A stretch of DNA of 64,000 nt, taken from positions 31,682,001-31,746,000 of the forward strand of contig NC_043010.1 of NCBI RefSeq assembly GCF_006345805.1. The letters run 5' to 3'. The notes beneath the pieces are model-generated. The model made no database searches. It was given only the letters and a program-made list of their open reading frames with translations, and was not told the origin of the DNA. Shown one piece after another: positions 26,626-39,733 of this stretch. Numbering within the stretch: the stretch's first letter is position 1; every line of letters starts with the position of its first letter. A program made the position numbers and the translations under genes. The DNA is from Octopus sinensis (taxonomy: Eukaryota).

Positions 26626-26934
26626 ATCAATAACCATATCAGTCGCGTAATTGGCAAAAACAAAAAAAAGCGAATTAAAAGCATTAGCAATAAGTGGATG
26701 ACTGCCTGTTTTCAAATGTGGCGGACACAGGACATGATAGTGTTTCTTCTTGTTGACGCTTGCTTTTGTTGGCACTCGTTGATGTCAGCCTTAAAATCTG
26801 ATGTTATTATTATTGCTTTTGTTGACACTGGTTGTCGTCAGACATTAAAAGCTGCTTTTTATATTGTTTTCCTTGAATTGGTACAATAGTAACACAGTAG
26901 TAGTTGTTTTCGCTTCCTCTATTATTTAATGCCT

Positions 26935-27009
26935 TCTTCTTCTTCTTCTTCTTCTTCTTCTTTCTTCTCTTCTTCTCTTCTTCTTCTTCTTCTTCTTCTT
27001 CTTCTTCTT

Positions 27010-27040
<31 letters not shown>

Positions 27041-27100
27041 TTCTTATTCTTATTTATTATTTTATGATCTTCTTCTTCTCTTCTTCTTCTTCTTCTTCCT
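26935..27100. repeat. (TCT)n microsatellite
   Basis: Direct inspection. Confidence 0.95.
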
Positions 27101-27599
27101 TCCTTCCTTGCTGTTATATTGTTGACATTACTCTTCTTCTTCCCCTTTCTCTCTATACATACATACATACATACATACATACATACATACATACATACAT
27201 ACGTGCGTATGTACGTACGTCATATACATACATACATACATACATACATACATACATACATACATACATACATACATACATACATACATACACACATGCA
27301 TACATACATGGTGGCTACCCCCTCTTTATCGAGTATGGCCATTGCACGAGGTTTAACTGTTATTGGTGCTGTGATCGAATGTGAATTTTATTTGCTTTTT
27401 AAGGCTACAGCCAGCCATTCAGTTGAGACTCACAGCACCATCAACAATCATGAACAATGTTGTTATCGTGCAATGCCTGTGCAAGAAAATTTTTTTTAAA
27501 GTGAGGAAAGGCTGTGCACTGAGTCAATCCCACTCACTAAGATGTGTTCTACTGACTTGAGCAAAGGAGGCTCAAAAACATCCAGTTCTAAGTAGCGGA

Positions 27600-28015
27600 A
27601 ACCACCGAGGAGACAGTAGACGACTCAGAGTAAAGAGACAGCGAATTTGTGGGTCAGGAGATGGAGCTTGTTGCGAGCGAATTTATGCCAACAAGTGGAT
27701 GATCTGTCTTTCTAGGATACGATCTTGGTGAGGAGGGTGTTTATTGGACACCCTGCGGGATGAAAAACAAAACCCGTCAAAGGGTGGAGGAACTCTTGAG
27801 AGTCAACGGCCATCGAATACATGTCTTAAGGCTGTATCATGCGCGGAGACATAGAAATAATCGGACTGAATACCCGATCGCGCGGTTAAACCATTGGGAG
27901 TGAAAGACTCCTAGCCTTTGTTAGGGCATTCTTCTAGGAGGAGGTAACTCAGGTAACTGGGATAACTCCGACATAAAACCTGCGGCTCAGTGGTTACCGA
28001 TGATGTTGACTTGTT
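27600..28015 (+). mobile_element. Probable RTE-type LINE 5'UTR fragment
   Basis: Non-coding GC-richer block ending ...ttctaggaggaggtaactc...ataaaacctgcggc; family call by resemblance only. Confidence 0.4.
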
Positions 28016-28154
28016 CTTCTTTTCGGATTATGGCTGCTGTTGCTTAGTGAGTGGGATTGACTCAGAGCATAGCCTTTCCTCGCTTTAAAAAACATCTTCT
28101 TGCACAGGCATTGCACGATAACAACATTGATTAAGCTTCGTGCAATGGCCATAT

Positions 28155-29945
28155 TTGCACGTGTAACAGCTGCACTGTCCTGGATACAGGAGCAATATTC
28201 CATCATGGATCTCGCTTGTTAATATGTTAGTAGTTGATAAGGTAAAAAGTAAAGACTAGTCTTTACGATGGAGTCTTTGCTATCTTGAGGATGTGCATTC
28301 AACAGGAAATATCCTTGGTGTTAGTGAGGTTTAACATTCCTAGCGGCTTTGAGAGTTTTAGTATCATGCTGTTGAAAGCGGAGTTGAGTGTGATAATGTT
28401 TATTTGGTATGTGAAGTAATTCTATTTTAGTATTGTTGAAAGAGACGAGTTTAGTATGACCCCATGGGAAGTTGTCTTTGAAATTTCTATTTACGGAATC
28501 AATGCTAGTTTGGAGTGGGGTGTCTAGATTACATCTGAATGACACTTGTGTGTAGAAAGTTAAGGAGGAATGAAAGATGATAAGCATCGGTATAAATAAG
28601 AATGGATATTTTCGGAGAGAACACCAAGAGAGTGGGGTACAAAATCAAATCCTTGGATAGATCAGAGTTGATAGAGTATAGGTTAGAGAAAGTTTCAACA
28701 GTAAACGCCTCAAGAATGCAATCTGAGAGGAAATCACTGAGCTAAGATCCGAGAAGCAGGTGAAACTAATTCGTAGACAATTTGACATGACATTAGTCTT
28801 CTTGTCATGGTTGGAACTTTAGCTGAAGCCGTGGGCCCAATATTATTTTCGCCAACTGCCTAAAGAGGGAGAATCCATTTGTTAATGGCATAAGGGGGTA
28901 AGTCGCTAGTCGATCGGGCCTAACAAAGTCTTACTAGTAGTCGTTAAGGAGGAGAAAGGGAGAAAGAAAGAGATCAAGGTATTTGCTCAGAATAAGGTGT
29001 TTGGGGTCAATGAAGAGGGAATTATCAAAACTTAGTGATCTAGTTGGTTTGAAGTAACTTCCACATTTGACATATCTAAGATCAAAGTGGTGAGTGCAAT
29101 GGAGTGGCAAGAAATAGTTTGCGAGATTTACCAAGTGAACAGAGTTGAATATAATGCGATCGTGGTTGAAAAATAGAAGAAAGAAAGATTTGGCAAAGTT
29201 GATGGAGATTTTTTCTGGTAGGATCTATAAGTTTGGGAAGTGGGTACTCTGACGGGTTGTGTAATGCAAGAAGGCATTCTTCGCACGTCGACTGATGGTC
29301 TTGTACTGAATTAAATCTATCTAGTTTGTAGGAATGTGTGGGGTTTTTTTGTAAGCGTTCTCGGTTCTTTGCTTGAACTGCTGCGGCAGAACAATTTGTG
29401 AAATACTTGGGAGATTTGGAGGTGGAAGAGAACAAGCGTAAGGGGATTGTTTTTAAGTCATCTGCTATCAATGGGAAAAATTTGATGTAGAGAACTGATG
29501 ATTGCAAAAGATTCGATTCTGCACTAGTAACATCAGTATGAAGTTAGTTTAAGAGCCACTTAACGTGTGAAGTGAAATATTTAACTTCATTGCCAGTCAA
29601 AGAGTTGTTGGTAGATAAAGTACTTCGGAAACGGATAGAGGTAAGCAAATGTATTTAGATGAGTAGGAGATGAAGACTTGAAGCTGGAGTATCTATAAGT
29701 CTTTCTTGTTGATAATCAGGAAAAAGGGTGTGTGTCAGGAGGAAGTAGTGTCTACATATATTCAGACACCACCATTCGGAGTGAAATTTGAGTAAAGATT
29801 TTAACCTGGACAGCTGAGGTGATCTATCAATGGTGGTTTTCTCGAAGATATAAATTAGGTGGGTGATTTGCATGTTAGTAAGAAATGATTTATGGGGTTT
29901 AAGTTGGATCGGAGTCCATAAACGTTAGAGGAAAAGAATGAGAAT
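28155..29945 (-). mobile_element. Decayed, internally deleted APE-RT LINE (CR1/L2-like group)
   Basis: APE N-terminus SNVYGLRSNLNPINHFLL; RT tail WGHTKLVSFNNTK and RSMMEYCSCI. Confidence 0.7.
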
Positions 29946-30224
29946 TGTTCGGTATGTTTTACTTTGTGAAAACTAAGTAATAATAGGCTGTTGGTGACGC
30001 TATGAAATCACGATAAACTCATGCAAAGACATAATCCTCGCACGTGCGCACACACAAACATACACGTACTAACAAAAATGATTTGAGATAGCTGCTAAAT
30101 TTCCCTCAAACCACGCTTTATTGTTATAAGACAGTGGATAATGTAGTGTTGATTTAAGAAAATAGTGGAATTGTTACGAGCTAAACGATTTTGATAAGTT
30201 AAAGTCGACCTGGCTCGTGTTGCT

Positions 30225-31005
30225 TTTATTGGATCGTCAAAAGCTTTATGTTCACATCCGCTGGGCAACTAATTTCCACAATTGTACACAGATTCCGTTC
30301 TCTATCCCAAATCATTATATCAGGTCTGTTATGCTTACATTTTATTGAGGTCTTCACAGGGACATTCCACCAGTATTCCTTTTTATAACGTGTGGCTATG
30401 GTTTCTATCATACTGTGGGTTCTTATTTATTTGTCCTCGGGTTTATCCTTCCGATGGATTTCATTATAGAGTGTCCAAGCTACAACATCATGTCTCATCG
30501 GTAGATAATACCGTGATGAGATTTTTGGACAACTGCTTATGATGTAGGTGATATCTTCGGTATCAATACCACAAACTCTGCATCGGTTGTCAGATTTTAC
30601 TGCTTTTCTTGCATCTCTATCTCTTTTGTGCATCAGGCATTTGGTTGATTTTTTTTTGTTCCTGGATTTCAAATGCATACCTTTCAAAACGGGAGGTAGT
30701 AATCCGGCTATTGGCCCATCATAGACTGCCCATTATCTCGGAGGCTCAGCTAAGATATCCATGCATAGTCTTCTGCTCATATATGCTCATCCTTTCATCA
30801 TTAGCGTTAAGGCTTGCTTATTCCTGGCATTGGTCCTGATGAAGTAGTGGACAGGACAGACCTGTCCTTCGTATTTCTTGCTGAGATATGAGCTCATTTG
30901 GTATATCAGATAAAAATTTGTATAATTAAACACCGCCACATCTACTCATGAGGCCTTTGATCCCTAAGCTGTTACAGTATTTGAGACTCTAGTCGGAGGG
31001 GACGG
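30225..31005 (-). mobile_element. R4/Dong-like RLE non-LTR retrotransposon fragment
   Basis: CCHC knuckle CRVCGIDTEDITYIISSC, RHDVVA, and PD-(D/E) nuclease HNRPDIMIWD...VEISCP. Confidence 0.8.
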
Positions 31006-32575
31006 GATCTTTGTTTCTATGTCGAGATCCAGTCCGGTGGCTAGTATAGCTTTGAATCCCAATCTCACTTTACATATCCTTCTCTTACGTTTACCCCTTT
31101 TCTCACTCCCCACCTTTTTCTCCTATCTTTCTCTCCTTCAACCTCTGTATACGAATCTATCTTCCTAACTTAGTAGCCGACTTACTGTTCTGACCACTGA
31201 AATATTTCCCTCAATTTCTTCATATTCTTGAAATGCTATAACTGAGGAAGGTTTTTCGTAATGGCTGCATTTCCTATATTACGCAAACTTGAAATGTACG
31301 TATTAAATGATTGCAAATTATCACCTTTTGGTTTGACTTCATCATTACAACTAATAGAACTCAATGGTAGTACAAACTAGCCGGTCTCGAGTCCATTTAT
31401 GCGAATACCATAGCAACAATTTGATGTAGTTTACTATATTTGATTCGAGTACCAGCTTTCCAGCTACACCCCACCACACACATACAAGTAGTGAAAATAC
31501 ACTTTATTTAATGATTTCGCTGTGAGACTTTAAACAGTTATGAATGCACCTAGATATAGACAGTCTTCGCAGAAAAATAGAGTTTGCTTCTTTGAGCATT
31601 AGAATAACAGGTGTACTTGTCCTTTGATTAATGGTCAATGAACTGTGAAACAGTCTGGACGTCTTCACTACCACCACAACAGCCACCATCACAACCGCCT
31701 CCACCTCTATTGCCACCGGTCCCACTACGGTTTCACCACCACCTCCGCTGTTGCCATCACCACCATTGCTGCCATCACCGCCCCGCTCCAGTACTCATGA
31801 CACTACCATTAAAACTACCGCTATCATCATCATCATAAATACAAAACCGAAAGATGTTAAGTGGAGTAATAATATATGAATGGTAACCAAGCAAGATCGT
31901 GATGTTTTAACGTCATAATTTCCTTGACCTCCACTTGATGTTTCCATAGGTCTTCATTGACATCAATTGACGAACTGATGGTGGAAGTGGTGCTCATAGC
32001 AATGTTATTGGTGGTGTGGTTGTGGTAAGAATTGAGGGTGCTAATGACATGTAAGATGGGTCGACGTGTATTGACATATTAATGGGTTGCAGTGTCGATG
32101 TGGTGATGGTTGAGTTGATGGTAGTAGTGGTGAATATGCAGATGCTGGTAATGATGGTTATAGTAGTAGAAATTGTGGTCATGGCAGTTGTAGTGATGGT
32201 GGGTCAATAGTTTTAATTCTGTTGATGATCGTGGTTGAGGCTGTGGTGACAGAGTTATTGAACGAGTAGGCGGTCAATAATTGGATTCCTGTAAAATAGG
32301 TGGTTGAGGTGTGGTGTTAAGTTATGGGGGTGGGTGGGGGGTGGAGCAGTTTGATGTGTTGGTGGTTCTAAAAGTGGGGCTGCTAAAGTGACACTAATAG
32401 CGGAGTGGTATTGTTGGTACAAGTATTGATAAGGGTGATGATGGTGGTGGCGGTGGCGATGAAGTAGAATATGTAGTTACATCATTTTGGTGGGAATTAT
32501 TTCGAATGTGTTGCGCGTGTGTGTGTATGTATGTGCGTGTGCGTAAAATATGCAGTACGACACACAAGCGTACAT

Positions 32576-32660
<85 letters not shown>

Positions 32661-32686
32661 CTCTATCTAGTTTCTCTTTCTTTCTT

Positions 32687-32737
<51 letters not shown>

Positions 32738-33159
32738 GTACAAACACACACATTTACATACGCACATACACACATACACACGCATACACACATACAATGT
32801 GTGTGTATGCGACTGTGAGCTTGTATATATCTAGAAAAGGAAAGGAAGTTCAGTTTTCAGTGACAGGTGGTGGGTGGAAGGGAAGAAAAAGAGAAAGAGA
32901 AAGAGAAAGAGAGAGAGAGAGAGAAAGAGAGAAGAGGAGAGAGAAAAACTTCCATTTCCTTGTTATAAAGTAGCATGTGAAAATATGACAAACATGGTCA
33001 GTCTATCACGACATCAGCATCAACAAGAAATAACAACAACAACAGTATCAATAACAAAACAAAGCAATAACTACAAGGAAAACAAAAAGGTCTCAGTCAT
33101 ATTACAACACCTCCTTAATGCCGCCTGTTATCGTAACAATCGCTTAGCTGATGCAAATG

Positions 33160-33860
33160 TTTCGGCATCATTTCCACCACCACCACCACCACACCACCAC
33201 CACCACCACCACCACCACCACCACCAACGCCGCCGCCCATCATGCCCTCACTACAACCACAGCAACACTGCCGCCATCATAACAAATACCTTCACACCAC
33301 TAGTATCACCACTACTGCCAACACCATCACAGCAATTACCCACTCTACCATCACCATCATACTTCCACAACAACTACCACCACAACCACTACAACCATCA
33401 CCATTATCTCCACCACCCCACCACCACCACCACCACCCACCACCACCACCACCACTACCACCACCACCAACGCCGCCGCCCATCATGCCCTCACTACAAC
33501 CACAGCAACACTGCCGCCATCATAACAAATACCTTCACACCACTAGTATCACCACTACTGCCAACACCATCACAGCAATTACCCACTCTACCATCACCAT
33601 CATACTTCCACAACAACTACCACCACAACCACTACAACCATCACCATTATCTCCACACCACCACCACCACCACCACCACCACCACCACTACTACTACACA
33701 TCATTCCATACCACCATCACCACTACCACCTCTAGCTCCACTACCACCACAAACATCACCGCAACATCACTACCACCACCACCACCACCGCTAACAATAC
33801 CACAACAACTACCAACACTGCCACCGCCACCACCACCATCGCTACCACTCTACATATGCA
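33160..33860. repeat. (CAC/ACC)-rich low-complexity tract with a 243-bp-offset direct duplication
   Basis: 33226-33415 is duplicated at 33469-33658. Confidence 0.85.
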
Positions 33861-34201
33861 CAACCAGTCGTTTCTAACCGCTTTAAGGAAAATCTTTCTG
33901 TTATTCATGTGAAACTCCACTGGTCTTAAGAGAAATGACTGTGAAAAAAAAACCACTTTGAAGTTTTAGATCTCTAGAGAGCATTTAACATCTTACTAAT
34001 TTTTGAAAAAACAATAGCAATGTCTACAATATTGTCTAGAAGGGAGTTAAAGGAATTCTACGGACTAAACTGTAGAATTAAATGGGTTATGACAGTTAAG
34101 GAAAGTATCTACCATACAATTTGTAATTGATATAATTAGAATAGTTGATATACAATCATTGAAATCGACAAATTACCTAAATAAAAAAGGAGATATCAGG
34201 A

Positions 34202-34335
34202 ACAGCAATAAGTTCCAATCAAATGCCCACGTCTGTGTTAACCCTGGCCGAATTATCAATGCTACGCGCAAACAGCAATAAGTTCCAATCAAATGCCCAC
34301 GGGTGTGTTAACTCTGGCCGAATTGTCAATGCTAC
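34202..34335. repeat. Two-copy ~70-bp tandem repeat
   Basis: acagcaataagttccaatcaaatgcccac... occurs twice. Confidence 0.85.
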
Positions 34336-34881
34336 AAGCACAACTGGTGGCAAGGTGCTATGGTGTGATGAAATATATCGGAAATGAAGTCATCCCGATG
34401 TGATAAGCAACATGAAAAAACATAGATACGTTTCAGAAAGTAACAATGCCCAAATCCGTAAATGTTGTTGGGGAATTATTTTCGGTATTTGTTAACTTTG
34501 AATATTTTTGTCCGCTTGTATAGCTTTTACATACAATCTCAAGATGTATTTAATTCTTGTTTTGAAGAAAAAAATAGTCTCGATGTAGAGACATGCTTTA
34601 ACAAAAGCCAAGAGGTGAATCACTCATGAGTGTTACTATTAACATGGAATCCAGTACAACCTGTGTGAATGGTCGGGTCGACAGTGACTAAACCTGTACC
34701 CCGCCCCAATAGGTTTACCTGGTGAAGAGGGTTGCGAGAAACCAAGCAGGATTAAAAACAAGATCTGTCAGAAGAACGGATGAGCCTACTGTAGGATCAA
34801 CAACAATTTAGCAATAGCATGGGCACCAAAAAATTCTGGGTTCGTGTCCAGCGTAATGGATACACTCACACACCCACACAC

Positions 34882-34984
<103 letters not shown>

Positions 34985-35004
34985 TATATATATACATACA
35001 TATA

Positions 35005-35393
35005 TATATATACTCTTTCACTCTTTTACTCTTTTACTTGTTTCAGTCATTTGACTGCGGCCATGCTGGAGCACCGCCTTTAGTCGAGCAAATCGACCCC
35101 GGGACTTATTCTTTGTAAGCCCAGTACTTATTCTATCGGTCTCTTTTGCCGAACCGCTAAGTGACAGGGACGTAAACACACCAGCATCGGTTGTCAAGCA
35201 ATGCTAGGGGTCAAACACAGACACACAAACATATACACACACACTTATATATATATACATATATACGACAGGCTTCTTTCAGTTTCCGTCTACCAAATCC
35301 ACTCACAAGACATTAGTCGGCCCGGGGCTATAGCAGAAGACACTTGCCCAAGATGCCACGCAGTGGGACTGAACCCGAAACCATGTGTTTGGT
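35005..35393 (-). mobile_element. SINE family A
   Basis: Near-complete reverse-complement copy. Confidence 0.88.
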
Positions 35394-35462
35394 CCAGGAA
35401 TCGAAACCACAATCTTACGATCATGGTGCTGACACCTTAACCACTAAGCCACGCGCTTCCAC
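35394..35462 (-). mobile_element. tRNA-like SINE head (family C/D type)
   Basis: Reverse complement gtggaagcgcgtggcttagtggttaagg...ggtttcgattcc has A- and B-box-like motifs. Confidence 0.65.
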
Positions 35463-36072
35463 AAACTGTAAAAATACAAAAAACAAACAAACAGTGTAAG
35501 GTATTTTAAAAAATGCCTCTATTGAATGTGATTTTCTTCAAAAACTGTCTACAGAGAATTCTGTATTGACAAAATGCAATGTAATGATTCATTAGTTTTT
35601 AATGTTAATTTGTCTTAAAACAATCTTCTCCAACACTGTGCAAAATTATTCTTGAGGAATTGCATCTAGTGATTTAGATATTCACAAAAGTTCTTTTAGT
35701 GAAGCAGTGGTGTTAGGTGTTCTCTGAGATTTTCATATCTCTCCTAAAAGCACCAAGATGGTATTTGAAACTTTTCCAATCAAGTACCAAAAGTCAACTG
35801 TGGATTCCATCCATCAAGTACATCCAGTTATAGCTCCAATACCTCCATTAATTATAATTTCATAATCTGAAAACTTGTGATTTTCTGATCGTTAGTGCAG
35901 TATCTCACCATCATAAGTAGTTTCATTTAACCCTTTCGTTACTGTATTTATTTTGAGATGCTCTGTGTTTTTCAATTACTTTAAATATTGTATATATGTA
36001 TATATACATATGTAGTCATATATATACATACATATATATATGTGTGGTGTGCGCGCGGGTATATATTATTGT

Positions 36073-36161
<89 letters not shown>

Positions 36162-36232
36162 ATATATATAATATATATAATATAATATATACATATTATA
36201 TATATATATATATTATATATATATATACATGC

Positions 36233-36267
<35 letters not shown>

Positions 36268-36852
36268 CATGCATACATACATACATACATATATATATTT
36301 ATTAGATAGATAGACAGACATAAACACATACATAAACACAAAAAACACATATACTTATATAATGCATGGTGGCGGTAACGCTATGCTATTATGCCATTCA
36401 CTTGGCATAACCATGGTTGCCCTAGGTATTGTTAATAATTTAATTGTCGTTTTTGTAGTTGTATATGTATTTGAGGCTCTTGTTACTGTTGCTGTTGTAG
36501 TATTACAGAACAATTTGATTGTGTTAAACTGCCATGACCAGATCACGTGAACAACGTTTGGCGGAACATAGACTGGCACAAGAGTGCTGCAAGTGTATTG
36601 GTATTGAGGGCTTCTTAAGTGGCTCAGTTGTTAGATGAACTTCCGACAGCTCACACACGCACATATAAGTACATTCATATGTACATGTATATATTCATGC
36701 ATACATACATACATACATACACATACGCGCGCGCGCACATACACAATACATACATGCATACATACATATATACATACACACATACATACGTGTGTGTGTG
36801 TATGTGTTTGTGTGCGTCTGTATTTGTGTATATGCATGCATGTTTATATACA

Positions 36853-37620
36853 CAGAGATTGGACAAGATAATGGAAACGCCACTTTTGATTTAACTATTT
36901 CAAATTCAGAACAGTTCTAGTCTATATATATGCATTCACGTGCATTATATATACCTTATACTTTATGACACAGCCCTGTCTTTCCCATTCACTCTCACTC
37001 TCTTCTCTCTATTTCCGACCACCGTTCGAGTATACATGTGGAGACAGCCAAAAGAAGCAGTTGATTCAGACTGCCTTCTTTCAACTGTTAAACATGGAGG
37101 AGGACCTGTAATGATCTGGAGGGCTATATCTTGGAAATCCGCCGGCCTAAGGATTTCCCTTCATGGCAGAATTAATAGTCAAGACTATTTAAGCATTTTA
37201 TCTGATCAAATTTCTCTTATGGCTGCGGAACTGTTTCCGGAGGGGAACGCAATCTTTCAGGATGATAATGCACCAATTCACACAGCTAAAGTTGTTACTG
37301 AATGGTACGAGGAACATTCTAGTGACGTTGAACATCTTATCCTGCAACCACAGTCCCCAGTTCTCAATATTATTGAACATTTTTGGTGCATTTTAGAAAA
37401 ACAAGTAAAGAATCGATATCCTCCATCGTCATCACTACAAGAACTGGAGACTCTTTTAGCTGAAGAATGGACCAAAATTCTTTTGGAAACAATTCAAACT
37501 TTGTACGAGTCCATACCTCGCAGAACTCAAACTGCAATTACTGCCAAAGGCGGTCGTACCCATATTAAAATAAATTTGTTTCAAATTTTAATGCGTTTCC
37601 CTTATTTTGTTCAACCCCTT
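36853..37620 (+). mobile_element. Internally deleted Tc1-family transposon, D-E spacing 36
   Basis: TIRs cagagattggacaagataatggaaacgc and gcgtttcccttattttgttcaacccctt; VKHGGGPVMIW, FQDDNAPIH...SPVLNIIEH, ITAKGG. Confidence 0.88.
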
Positions 37621-37645
37621 TATATTTACAAGGCTGGGTTGAAAT

Positions 37646-37693
<48 letters not shown>

Positions 37694-37770
37694 ATTTGAA
37701 CAAAATAAGGGAAACATTAAAATTTGAAACAAATTTATTTTAATATGGGGTACTTATATATGTATGTATG

Positions 37771-38085
37771 TGGAGGCGCAATGGCCCAGTGGTTAGGGCA
37801 GCGAAATCGCGGTCGTAGGATCGCGGTTTTCGATTCCCATACCGGGTATTGTGAGTGTTTATTGACCGAAAACACCTAAAAGCTCCACGAGGCTCCGACA
37901 GCGGGTTGTGGCGATCCCTGCTGTACTCTTTCGCCACAACTTTCTCTCACTCTTTCTTTTGTTGGCCTGCTTGCTTAGCCAGCGGGGTGGCGTCATTTGA
38001 AAGCTCATACAATGCGAAGCGCATTTGTGACCAGCGATGTATAGCAACATATGATAGCCTGGTCGGTCACGGTGATCACGGTGAT
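37771..38085 (+). mobile_element. tRNA-derived SINE family D
   Basis: ggaggcgcaatggcccagtggttaggg...ggttttcgattccc head. Confidence 0.75.
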
Positions 38086-38122
38086 ATGTATGTATGTATA
38101 TATATAATATATATATATATAT

Positions 38123-38170
<48 letters not shown>

Positions 38171-38286
38171 AATAGTAAAAAGTGAAACTACAGAAGGCTT
38201 AAATGTTAAAAAATATATATTTGCGTCAATATGTCTGAAGAATATTAAAAAAAAAATTTTTCTCCTCTTATAATGACATAGTTTTG

Positions 38287-38325
38287 AAGAAAGACCGGTT
38301 TCGCATTTAGCTTTTCAAATTTCTT
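38287..38325 (-). ncRNA. Variant minimal hammerhead (U3:A8 core), left arm copy
   Basis: Reverse complement of 40171-40209. Confidence 0.5.
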
Positions 38326-38434
38326 ACGACGTTATGTTTATGTTGAATAGAGTTATTGTTATGTTTATGTTCAAAAGAGTTCTAAATAAGGGGAGGCAAT
38401 GAGTGATTTCTTCCGGTGTAAGGGAGATAATCGC

Positions 38435-39733
38435 TTAAAAATTTTTTCCTTTCCCTTGGTGTGAATTTCTCTGTATCAGTATGTTGGGATGGTTAAGTCT
38501 GGGCTTGTACTTTTCAATGAAGAATGTTTCCTTGTTTAGTCTAATTTGTGTTGATGATCCGATAGCACATTGGTAAAATGGAAAGATTAAAAATTGTGGT
38601 AGTAGTTGCTTTGCGCATTTCTCAATGTGCTCACTAAAAGGTATCATTCTGTATTCTGGGAATGCAATCTGTTGTCGATGCAGTGTGCATCTACGTCTGA
38701 GTGATAGTCCCGTGGATCCCACGTAGTCTTGGTGGCAGCCCGAGCATTTTATGACATAAATTATGTTTTCAGAGGCACAAGTAAAGTTAGATTTGATCTT
38801 GAATTTCTGTCCCTCTTTAAAGAGGAATTCTGATCCTTCTAGCAGGTTTGGACATGTTGCACAGTTCGATCTACCACATTTTTTAACTTTTGCATCCGTA
38901 ATTTCAGAAGACAATTTTGCCTTTGTGAGAATCTTTTTAATCAATCTTTCAACGAAGATAATCAATCTTTCAACCAAACCTCTTTCTAACATAAAAATTG
39001 ACATCCTCTCAAAAGGGCTCAAATTTACACCAACTCCACGCAGAGCCAACTTAAATGAAATCAAGGATAATATAACAGAATTTTGCGGGTCGTCATCAAG
39101 CAAGGAAATTACAAGATTTCTGTAGTATGACGTATCCATTATTACAACTGCATTTCCCTTGTCTGCTTCCTTAATGGTTATATCCTCATCATTCTGAAGT
39201 TCTATCAGTTCTTTCCATTGTGTAGTGTTAAAATTTGAGTTAACTTTCTGTTTATGTATAGTATGGTAGGGAAAGTTCTCAATGTGGTTACAGAATTCGT
39301 CAAGATCTTTATTTCTTCCTCTGTGTGGGATGTGTTCACTTTTGTTCTTGACTAGTGATTCATCTTCAGTATTGAAACTGGTTGATGCTTCTGCTAGTCT
39401 TAATTTTCTGCAAAATTCTGTTATATTATCCTTGATTTCATTTAGGTTGGCTCTGCGTGGAGTTGGTGTAAATTTGAGCCCTTTTGAGAGGATGTCAATT
39501 TTTATGTTAGAAAGAGGTTTGGTTGAAAGATTGATTATCTTCGTTGAAAGATTGATTAAAAAGATTCTCACAAAGGCAAAATTGTCTTCTGAAATTACGG
39601 ATGCAAAAGTAAAAAAATGTGGTAGATCGAACTGTGCAACATGTCCAAACCTGCTAGAAGGATCAGAATTCCTCTTTAAAGAGGGACAGAAATTCAAGAT
39701 CAAATCTAACTTTACTTGTGCCTCTGAAAACAT
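38435..39733 (-). CDS. Chimeric open frame: antisense EN + PLE RT N-terminus + antisense linker + intact GIY-YIG endonuclease
   Basis: 432-aa ORF with LSKGLKFTPTP, ADKG, CGRSNCATC and IIYVIKCSGC..YVGST; expression unproven. Confidence 0.5.
   Translation of the reverse strand: MFSEAQVKLDLILNFCPSLKRNSDPSSRFGHVAQFDLPHFFTFASVISEDNFAFVRIFLINLSTKIINLSTKPLSNIKIDILSKGLKFTPTPRRANLNEIKDNITEFCRKLRLAEASTSFNTEDESLVKNKSEHIPHRGRNKDLDEFCNHIENFPYHTIHKQKVNSNFNTTQWKELIELQNDEDITIKEADKGNAVVIMDTSYYRNLVISLLDDDPQNSVILSLISFKLALRGVGVNLSPFERMSIFMLERGLVERLIIFVERLIKKILTKAKLSSEITDAKVKKCGRSNCATCPNLLEGSEFLFKEGQKFKIKSNFTCASENIIYVIKCSGCHQDYVGSTGLSLRRRCTLHRQQIAFPEYRMIPFSEHIEKCAKQLLPQFLIFPFYQCAIGSSTQIRLNKETFFIEKYKPRLNHPNILIQRNSHQGKGKNF

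Noticed and set aside
32874-33794. 306-aa His/Pro-rich protein
   Set aside because: It starts at a non-ATG codon within GA repeats and is dominated by CAC/ACC simple repeats; not listed as a CDS.
37771-37850. tRNA genes at SINE heads (also 14640, 35394, 42948)
   Set aside because: They have A/B-box-like motifs but no complete cloverleaf and continue into SINE bodies.
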